This document shows, piece by piece, positions 7,154-13,844 of a stretch of 13,844 nucleotides of DNA. The notes under the pieces were generated by a model that saw only the letters and a list, made by a program, of their open reading frames with translations, searched no databases and was not told where the DNA came from. A program made the position numbers and the translations under genes. Numbering within the stretch: the first letter of the stretch is position 1; each line of letters begins with the position of its first letter. Source of the stretch: an uncultured archaeon. GTDB taxonomy: Archaea; Asgardarchaeota; Thorarchaeia; Thorarchaeales; Thorarchaeaceae. The stretch is from NCBI GenBank assembly GCA_964590575.1, contig CAZPWM010000083.1:1-13844 (forward strand), given 5' to 3'.

Positions 7154-7410
7154 ATCTAGTGCAGTCAGCTGATTTCATGAACTTGTTAGCGTGGGCTCTT
7201 ATCATTCTGGGAGGCATCATCATTCTTTCGGGATTAGTCTCAATGTTGTTACATTCAGATGATGAGGGAGTTGACCATCGGACTGAAAGCAAGGGAATCA
7301 TTCTCTTAGGTCCAATCCCTATCGTCTGGGGTTATGGAAAGAAAACTTGGATAGTTGCGGCCATTGTTGCGATTACGCTAACTATCATTATAATTATCTG
7401 GTTTTCCTAA
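7150..7410 (+). CDS. DUF131 / TIGR00304 family small membrane protein
   Basis: TM helix, then ESKGIILLGPIPIVWG (the DUF131 GPIPIVFG signature), then a second TM helix. GTGA start/stop overlap with the upstream gene. Confidence 0.88.
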   Translation: MNLVQSADFMNLLAWALIILGGIIILSGLVSMLLHSDDEGVDHRTESKGIILLGPIPIVWGYGKKTWIVAAIVAITLTIIIIIWFS

Positions 7411-7670
7411 CCAGTCCATCCGCATTCGGAACATTGGTTGATAGTAGCAAGCAGTCTTACTACTTTCCCGTTGAGAAGACAATCAGGACAGATATCCAAC
7501 ATTTTTCTACAGGTTGGGCAGATGCTTTTCTTGTTCATATCCCTGATGCAAGTAATAGTACCGCATGAAGGACATCTAACTGCATGATTCTGACAATACT
7601 CATTTCGACAACGGTCACAGCGAAACTTTGACTTTTCATGACAAATAGTACAAGACCGCGCCAACCGCAT
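7407..7670 (-). CDS. Small multi-zinc-finger protein (eight CxxC/H/D knuckles)
   Basis: CTIC, CDRC, CQNH, CPSC, CIRD, CPTC, CPDC and CSEC in about 85 aa. Start uncertain: TTG 7700, ATG 7670, or TTG 7664 (preceded by GGTGG). Confidence 0.8.
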   Translation of the reverse strand: MRLARSCTICHEKSKFRCDRCRNEYCQNHAVRCPSCGTITCIRDMNKKSICPTCRKMLDICPDCLLNGKVVRLLATINQCSECGWTG

Positions 7671-7791
7671 CCACCGAAAACTGGCGTTAACAAGCCCCAA
7701 ATAAGTTTCGTCCCAAAAAGGGAGGTATTACCTAAGCCATACCAAACCTCATAGATACATGATGAAGTTTCTTTTCTGAGGCGTTGGAAAA

Positions 7792-8052
7792 ATGCTATTC
7801 GTTTGCAGAATGTGCGGAAAAACCTCCGCAGATATCGATATGGTCTTGGAAGGTGCATGCAGTTGCGGCTGTTCTCATTTTCAACTAGTGTCTGAAGACC
7901 GTTCGGAATTCCCAAAGGAGATAGATGAGAAGGAATCGATTAGGAGAGACTTGCACAGATGGCTTGACTTGAATCTTGATTCAATGCCGCCACACGTAGT
8001 GGGAAACATACGTGTTCTTTTTGAAATCGAGAAGGACAATGCTACTTCATAA
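7792..8052 (+). CDS. Zn-ribbon protein, OapC/DUF2072-like N-terminus
   Basis: CRMCGK...MVLEGACSCGCSHFQLV resembles the OapC-type C..CG...L.GC..CG...F ribbon. SD-like GAGGCG upstream. Confidence 0.65.
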   Translation: MLFVCRMCGKTSADIDMVLEGACSCGCSHFQLVSEDRSEFPKEIDEKESIRRDLHRWLDLNLDSMPPHVVGNIRVLFEIEKDNATS

Positions 8053-8058
8053 TTTGCT

Positions 8059-10680
8059 TCATTCTATCATTGATTCTTGTTCCAGAGGTCTCTCAATACG
8101 AGCTATCTGATCCTCGATCTGTACGTGAAGGTCAGTCTTACCGGCGACATTAGCAATTCTCTGAACTGCCTTCAAACTGTGAATTAACGAGTCAAGCCAC
8201 GAGAAAAGATCTCCAGGATATGCCCAGAGCTCAAAATCATCGTGAAGTTTTTGAGCGAGCCCAGAGGGATTATAACCCTCTTTTCTCCGCTCAACAAGCC
8301 ACCGCCCCAGACTGACTTTTCCGTGATCACATTCTGGATAGTCGCGGCAACCACAATTGAAGAAAGTCGTAGTCCACTTACCAAATACCTCGAAGACCCA
8401 CTGTGGAAGTCTTCCGGCTCCACTCTTTGGTCTACTTGCGTCACCTATCTCGCTAAACACACCTGAGAAGAGACGGGTTGGCATATGCGTCCGGAAAGCT
8501 GAATTAATTTCCTCCTGCATTTTAGCACTTAGGTAAATATTCTCGAATGGTTCGAGCATTATTGCAATGTCTGTTACATCATAGGTAGAAGTTAGCTTCA
8601 TGACCTCCAAGCCCATACTAGGAGTTAAGAATGAGAGAGATGTAGCCCGTCCAAGGTCAGTTGGATGAACACCACCTTCTTTCACACGAACCATATGCGT
8701 GCGAACAAGATGTTTGAGAGCTTCGGATGGTGGAACGGACATTGAAAGCATCCGTTTGTATGCGCGAGCTACCTCCTTGAGATCAACAAGACCTGTTGAG
8801 CAAATGGTGGCGAGTATTTGTTCGGCACAAGTTTCTTTGTCTGCAAAAGGTTCTACATCCTCAATAATTCCATTCAGTAGTTCTACTGCAATTTCATCCT
8901 CTGTTTTATCCTGACCACCGTGATACTTCCTTTCAGGCTGGACAATGAGGTAAACCTTACCTCGATCATGCTTACCAAGGCGACCAGCCCTTCCAAGCAT
9001 CTGCTCAAACTCTGCAGTTGACAACCACTCCGCACCCATCGCTAAAGTTTCAAAAATGACTTGTGAAGCTGCTAAATCAACACCTGCACCAAGTGCAGCT
9101 GTTGTCACTATACTCGAATAACGTTGTTTAGCAAATGAATACTCAGTCTTGCGTCTGCGAGAGTAAGATAGACCTCCGTGGTAAACAGACGTTGAAACGC
9201 GCTGTTCTCTAAGCCAATCGCTTAGAGCATGAGCGCGGCGTCTTGAATATGTGAAAATGATGGATTGTCCCTTGTTTCCTGAACTACTGACATGACGAAA
9301 CTCCTCATTGACAAGACGACGAATCATGGATCGTTTTTCCTCATCAGAGCGGGCAAATACTAGATGTCGTTCCAATGGAACGGGTCGACCCTCATAGTTA
9401 ACGAGTTTCATTTGGAGTTCCTTTGCTAGGATCTGAGGTGACCCAACGGTGGCAGACAATGCGAGATACTGTGCCTTTGGATAGTGCATCCGCATCCGAG
9501 TGAGAAGTCCATCAAGTTCAGGACCTCGCTCAGGATCAGCCAGATTCTGTATCTCATCGATTACAACAGTACCAATATCTCCAAGGTCAGATGTGTTACC
9601 TGATCGGAAAATGAGGTCAAGAGCTTCATAAGTCGCACAGACAATGTTGGCTTTCGAAATATCTGTATCAACAATGGGCTTGCCTTCATCGCCAACATCC
9701 AAACGAGACATTCCCACCTTAATACCAACCCTTAGTCCGAGTGACCTGTAACGCCTACGAAATTGCTCATACTTCTCATTAGTCAACGCCACTAAGGGAG
9801 ACATATAGATCATCTTCTTCCCCTGCATGGCTTTTTGAACACCCGCAAGCTCACCTAAAAGTGTCTTACCTGATGACGTAGAGGACACTATCAACATGTT
9901 GACATCTTTGAAGAGTCCGGCATCTATAACCTGAGACTGTATAGGTAGTAGTATCTTGAAGCCATCAGAAGCGAGCTGCTCCTTGAATTTTTCTGGAATC
10001 GGGAGATCAGATATCTTTCTAGTCCCACCATCTTCTTTGGCTACTACAGTATCAATAAGCGTTAATTCTGGTTCTCTCGTAGGGTCAAATCCAGGACTCA
10101 TCATCTCAACAAGTCGTGGTATTGACTTCACCTTGGTGACCTGTCGCTCGAGCTGATTCATCATGGCTCGAGAGAGATGAATACCTAGAGTTTTCAACTC
10201 GACCTGAAGGTCCACTTGTGCGCAACTGGTACAAGTAACTTGATTTTTACTTATTTTAACTGCATTACGGCGTGTCAATATCGTGAGTCGATCGTTGCGA
10301 AGACAGTGCTGACATGTGGGTACAACCCGCGGCTTTTCCGTATTCAAGCGAGATAGCATATCTTTGAGGTCTTTGAGAAAATCTGGTTTCTGTTCTTTCG
10401 GAATAATGATGTGTTTAGCGTTTCTGATTATATCATGCGCTTCCTTGGGCTGAAAATAAAGCGGCTTATTATATTTGACAAACCAAAAGCGCTTAATTTC
10501 CATGAGGCCTGATTCACGGCGACCGTATTCCACCATACCTCCAAGTATAGAACGTTGACGGTTTCGCAGGACATCAGAAAAAATATCTACTCTTGTTGTC
10601 AGCTCTTGTCGTCCAGTCCTGAATACTAGTGTATAGGGCTTTCTGAGCTGTTTCTGTATGTCTGCATCAGCAATTTCCAA
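8059..10680 (-). CDS. Archaea-specific Ski2-like SF2 helicase (ASH-Ski2 / COG1202 / DUF5814-containing)
   Basis: Q motif LLPIQ, motif I TSSGKT, Ia PLVAL, II DEIQ, III SAT, YHGG, V ALGAGVD, VI QMLGRAGR. N-terminal CQHC...CTSC and C-terminal CGCRDYPECDH are typical of the family. Confidence 0.92.
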   Translation of the reverse strand: MEIADADIQKQLRKPYTLVFRTGRQELTTRVDIFSDVLRNRQRSILGGMVEYGRRESGLMEIKRFWFVKYNKPLYFQPKEAHDIIRNAKHIIIPKEQKPDFLKDLKDMLSRLNTEKPRVVPTCQHCLRNDRLTILTRRNAVKISKNQVTCTSCAQVDLQVELKTLGIHLSRAMMNQLERQVTKVKSIPRLVEMMSPGFDPTREPELTLIDTVVAKEDGGTRKISDLPIPEKFKEQLASDGFKILLPIQSQVIDAGLFKDVNMLIVSSTSSGKTLLGELAGVQKAMQGKKMIYMSPLVALTNEKYEQFRRRYRSLGLRVGIKVGMSRLDVGDEGKPIVDTDISKANIVCATYEALDLIFRSGNTSDLGDIGTVVIDEIQNLADPERGPELDGLLTRMRMHYPKAQYLALSATVGSPQILAKELQMKLVNYEGRPVPLERHLVFARSDEEKRSMIRRLVNEEFRHVSSSGNKGQSIIFTYSRRRAHALSDWLREQRVSTSVYHGGLSYSRRRKTEYSFAKQRYSSIVTTAALGAGVDLAASQVIFETLAMGAEWLSTAEFEQMLGRAGRLGKHDRGKVYLIVQPERKYHGGQDKTEDEIAVELLNGIIEDVEPFADKETCAEQILATICSTGLVDLKEVARAYKRMLSMSVPPSEALKHLVRTHMVRVKEGGVHPTDLGRATSLSFLTPSMGLEVMKLTSTYDVTDIAIMLEPFENIYLSAKMQEEINSAFRTHMPTRLFSGVFSEIGDASRPKSGAGRLPQWVFEVFGKWTTTFFNCGCRDYPECDHGKVSLGRWLVERRKEGYNPSGLAQKLHDDFELWAYPGDLFSWLDSLIHSLKAVQRIANVAGKTDLHVQIEDQIARIERPLEQESMIE

Positions 10681-10735
10681 CCTATAGGCCTCTTCCGAGA
10701 AGCACTACATTGCACCAAAGACTCTTGTGGTTGCA

Positions 10736-11512
10736 TCAAAGTTCGTAGATATAGGACTCTTTCTCTTTCTCAACAATAGACAGAGTTCGTTCGAGCTCTT
10801 CACCGATAGCTTCCATTCCGGTCTTTGAGTCCATTCCAGCCTTTTCAACGATCATCCAATCAGACATCACATCAATATCGATAAAACTACTAAATTTATT
10901 GAAAGGTGTCGCCATTACCTTTGTTCGTTCCTTATGCCAATACTTACCCTCATTAAAATATTCTACAAAAGATTTGTACATCGGACCATTCGTCCCTGCG
11001 AGAATGAATTTTGCACGCTGTAAACCAGATATATGTGAAACATTGATTCGCGCAAAGATTTCTTGGTAATGTACAGTGTGGGGGAGATTAGCCTTTGTTT
11101 GGACTGTAGCTAGAGGTTCAGCAACGAGAACATTTCCTTTTTCCTTTACCAGATTACGAATGATAGTGACAATCTCCTCTTGTTTTCGCGTACCTAGAGG
11201 ATCGATGACTTCAGGATTGACGATATCTACCTGCGGTAATGGTTCATCAAAGCGAAGCTTTGTTGGATCGAAAATGAGTGCTGAAAGATATTCGAGAACA
11301 TCGACCTGTATTTTCCCTTTAGTCGCTACACCTTTGAATATTCCAGGACCGATAAGAACAGAATAAACACGAGTTCCCCGAATGATTGACCAAAGCTGAT
11401 TAGATAAGATAAGGGCTTTCCCCTTTAAGTCAGCATCTTTGAAAGCGCCAACCTGAAAATTATAACTCTCAATGTCGATTAACCAATAGAGAGGTGTTTG
11501 AATAAAACTCAA
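10736..11512 (-). CDS. Hypothetical protein, 258 aa (alpha/beta)
   Basis: Long ORF that tiles the strand. The TTG start overlaps the upstream TGA (11509-11512). No motif recognised. Confidence 0.75.
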   Translation of the reverse strand: MSFIQTPLYWLIDIESYNFQVGAFKDADLKGKALILSNQLWSIIRGTRVYSVLIGPGIFKGVATKGKIQVDVLEYLSALIFDPTKLRFDEPLPQVDIVNPEVIDPLGTRKQEEIVTIIRNLVKEKGNVLVAEPLATVQTKANLPHTVHYQEIFARINVSHISGLQRAKFILAGTNGPMYKSFVEYFNEGKYWHKERTKVMATPFNKFSSFIDIDVMSDWMIVEKAGMDSKTGMEAIGEELERTLSIVEKEKESYIYEL

Positions 11513-12696
11513 GATGCATCCACTCGGTAATAGTTTGTATTGACAAAATCATAAATTATCGATACGGAGAGTGTGGCTCTCTCAGCTTCAGGTGCGTTTG
11601 CTATTGTAGCCTTGGAATTCTGAATTACCTCTGCTATATGAGTGCCAACCAAATTGAGTCTGTCAACTAGTTCAGTCAAGCATTTCTCTACGCTTTCAGC
11701 ATGTGTGTTCTCCTGATATTTCAAGACGCGTAGCACACGGCTAATTTTTTCCTTGAGATATTCTTCTCGCTCGTTGACTTTCCGCCTTTTTGTCAATTTG
11801 ACATCACGCTCAAGAAAATCAAAAGGAGAAGATAGATCTGGTTCAGCTTTATTCCCTCTGGTTGAAGTGACACCAATGGAAACATATGGAGCCCTATCGC
11901 CTCTTCCAGTGGTTGGGCGGGGTGCGAGTTGAAGTAGAAAATGAGAAACTGCTCTCAGAGTCATTTCATCAAAGGGAAGTCCCAACTCTTCAATCAGCGT
12001 ATCAATACGAGCGATGGACACATCCATTGTAAAGGAATCAGAGGGTGCAAGTAGGCGTTCTCTGAGAACTCTGAAAAGAGCTTGAGTTCTTCGCTGCACT
12101 TGTATAAATTTGCCATTCAGCGTACTTGTGTTCCATTTTGTTAATCCTTGACCAAACGAGATAAGGACATCCTTGCTTGTGGCTTTGGGATGTTCCTTAT
12201 ACCATTCTTCAATGACCGGGGCAATTATTGTTTCAGACATCTTTGTCCTCGATGCTATGATTGAGAGAGCTTTTTCAACTTCGATAGAGGTTTCTTCAAC
12301 ATCCTCTTCTAGATTCCCAAGTCCTCGAACCTGAATCTCGATCTGCCTTACAAAACTTCCATAGATATGAGATATCCATCGTCCTTCAATAAGTGCGAAT
12401 TCCATGATATTTCCGGGCAGATTGGGAATGTCCTCAGCAACTGTGGCTCTTCTCTGAAGCTCTGCGCTTAGAAGCCTTACCGCTTGTTTAACTCCCATGA
12501 TTCCATCCATATTAATCAGATATGCAACCATCGCTATCTCCAAGGGACAGGACAATTCTTCAGAAATTCTCCGTGCATCTGCTTCCGGCACTCGCCTCAC
12601 ACGCTCTCTCAAATTAGCGTATTTGTCAGCGAATTCTTGAACCAGCTTCTGACGACTTTCAACAGCTAGTTTCTTAATATCGGGTTCAAGTAGCAC
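11509..12696 (-). CDS. Hypothetical protein, 395 aa (largely alpha-helical)
   Basis: Long ORF with SD GAGGTATCTG 3 nt before GTG, amphipathic helical pattern, and a distinctive block RGNKAEPDLSSPFDFLERD. Confidence 0.82.
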   Translation of the reverse strand: MLLEPDIKKLAVESRQKLVQEFADKYANLRERVRRVPEADARRISEELSCPLEIAMVAYLINMDGIMGVKQAVRLLSAELQRRATVAEDIPNLPGNIMEFALIEGRWISHIYGSFVRQIEIQVRGLGNLEEDVEETSIEVEKALSIIASRTKMSETIIAPVIEEWYKEHPKATSKDVLISFGQGLTKWNTSTLNGKFIQVQRRTQALFRVLRERLLAPSDSFTMDVSIARIDTLIEELGLPFDEMTLRAVSHFLLQLAPRPTTGRGDRAPYVSIGVTSTRGNKAEPDLSSPFDFLERDVKLTKRRKVNEREEYLKEKISRVLRVLKYQENTHAESVEKCLTELVDRLNLVGTHIAEVIQNSKATIANAPEAERATLSVSIIYDFVNTNYYRVDAS

Positions 12697-12830
12697 GTGC
12701 AGATACCTCTTATCCCAAAGACTTGCTCTCCGCTATGGAGTAGCAAAACTAGTTCGGAGAGTGGCTAAATAACGGTATTTCGTTCATAATGAATCGAAGA
12801 GAATGAAGGCAAGCATTACTGATGGATTTC

Positions 12831-13031
12831 TCATGCGCCACCAGACAGGAGTAGGAAGTGTATACCAAATCCTAGTAAGATTGATGCAAGGAACAATGCA
12901 GAACCAACCTTGAACCTTGAGAAGTGGCGTCCATGTTCAATGTGAATGACTAACCATGCCGCAGCAAAAATACCTAAGAAAATGAACACGAGTGAAATAG
13001 GAAAATATAATCCTTCGAATCCTTGGAGCAT
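12831..13031 (-). CDS. OST5/TMEM258-like small two-TM protein (oligosaccharyltransferase accessory subunit homologue)
   Basis: LGIFAAAW and ASILLGFGIHFLLLSGG align by eye with recalled human TMEM258 IGMFFTAW and ASLFMGFGVLFLLLWVG, with similar spacing and size. SD GAGGCG at 13043-13038. Confidence 0.8.
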   Translation of the reverse strand: MLQGFEGLYFPISLVFIFLGIFAAAWLVIHIEHGRHFSRFKVGSALFLASILLGFGIHFLLLSGGA

Positions 13032-13061
13032 ATTATTCGCCTCTTCTTACTTATAGGGGTC

Positions 13062-13082
13062 CGAATTCGTTTCTAATTTAAA
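13062..13082 (-). promoter_or_regulatory. Candidate TATA box for the OST5-like gene
   Basis: TTTAAAT (13082-13076) lies about 45-50 nt upstream of ATG 13031, leaving room for the SD-containing leader. CGAATTCG palindrome at 13062-13069. Confidence 0.45.
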
Positions 13083-13087
13083 CGTTA

Positions 13088-13844
13088 TCACGCTAAGAAA
13101 TCATACTCAAGCGTATAATCCTTGTCATCGATTGACACAACGCGGACTAATTTTCCTCGCTTTTTAGCAAGACGTCGTTTTTCAGAGAAACTCAGAGATG
13201 GATCATCGGGAATCTCAATATCTTCAATGACGAAATTATTACGGGCTGTAATATTCTTCGTTTTAGGGTTAATCTTGTCTCTAAGGTCTGGTATAAATGT
13301 GTCAAGAATGTATTCTAGAATCTCTGGTGTGTTTCCCAGAGAGCCTTTAATGAAGACAGGGTCCTTCTCCTCAGTTTCCTCACTTTCTTCTTTAGGACCC
13401 CCCTTTGGAAATGAGGTCTTTGTAACAATCTGCCATGGTTTGGTCCCGGCTCGAGGGGTTAGCGAGAGAAGGTAGAAGGTTGTTGGGTCATCGAGATCAA
13501 AGAGTGCTTTGATATCAGCGATAGGTGCAACCTCATCCAATTTAGCCTTGAAAACTGGAGCACCCTTGCCTTGCGATTTCTTCCAAGTGATGGGCATATT
13601 CAGTTGACCGAATTCTTTGGTTCGATCACTGTAAGTAATCAACATACCTTTCACTTTGTGAGACCCATCAGGAGCACCCAAAAGATATCCCTTAAGGATA
13701 GTTTTCTCCTGATCGAGATCAGCCTTGAACTTTAAGCTTGCTTTACTGAGAGTAATCTTTGTTCTTGGACCAGGATGATTACCAATTCCGTATTTCACCA
13801 ATCTTGCGTGTGTAAACTCATCAGGTGTTCCTTTGATTATCTTA
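13088..13844 (-). CDS. Conserved archaeal hypothetical protein, 5'-truncated by the window edge
   Basis: The frame stays open upstream of the TTG at 13801 (KIIKGTPDEFTHARLVKYGIG...), so the true start lies beyond 13844. C-terminal block F.IEDIEIP...R..AKKRGKLVRVVSIDD...YDFLA. Confidence 0.82.
   Translation of the reverse strand, partial: KIIKGTPDEFTHARLVKYGIGNHPGPRTKITLSKASLKFKADLDQEKTILKGYLLGAPDGSHKVKGMLITYSDRTKEFGQLNMPITWKKSQGKGAPVFKAKLDEVAPIADIKALFDLDDPTTFYLLSLTPRAGTKPWQIVTKTSFPKGGPKEESEETEEKDPVFIKGSLGNTPEILEYILDTFIPDLRDKINPKTKNITARNNFVIEDIEIPDDPSLSFSEKRRLAKKRGKLVRVVSIDDKDYTLEYDFLA

Noticed and set aside
7711-7733. Short palindromes TCCC-N5-GGGA and AGGTA-T-TACCT in the divergent intergenic region
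   Set aside because: Arms of only 4-5 bp are expected by chance; not supportable without conservation data.
7347-7915. ORFs 7347..7568 (+) and 7535..7915 (-)
   Set aside because: They overlap the DUF131, Zn-finger and Zn-ribbon genes, which have clear motifs.
8184-13475. Nested ORFs 8184..8444, 8242..8466, 8699..8914, 9956..10156, 11076..11366, 12484..12669 and 13122..13475
   Set aside because: Shadows within long, well-supported minus-strand genes.
13799-13801. TTG 13801 as the start of the last gene
   Set aside because: The frame remains open and protein-like to the window edge, so the gene is 5'-truncated.
1-13844. CRISPR array, tRNA/rRNA, transposase/integrase, or an anti-phage defence island (helicase + nuclease)
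   Set aside because: No spaced direct repeats, cloverleaf or recombinase motifs were seen, and intergenic gaps are at most about 135 nt. The helicase and nucleases belong to housekeeping archaeal families and are not in one operon.

Overview
Gene-dense archaeal chromosomal segment, most likely from an Asgard archaeon (Thorarchaeia-like). This is inferred from gene content, GAGGT-type Shine-Dalgarno sites, frequent TTG/GTG starts and an OST5/TMEM258-like gene. I call 17 CDSs, two truncated by the window edges; the left-edge Nre-family DNA repair gene is missing from the ORF track. There is a marked nucleic-acid repair/processing theme: NreA, Endonuclease Q with an altered Zn ribbon and a translationally coupled OB-fold gene, a beta-CASP nuclease lacking the motif-C His, and an ASH-Ski2-type helicase with DEIQ. 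Other genes encode several Zn-finger proteins, a membrane-anchored wHTH regulator, a pilin-like or glycosylated surface protein, a 66-aa protein closely resembling the eukaryotic oligosaccharyltransferase subunit OST5/TMEM258, and several uncharacterised proteins. I saw no rRNA, tRNA, CRISPR array or mobile element. Family assignments come from motif recognition and recalled sequences, not from database searches.
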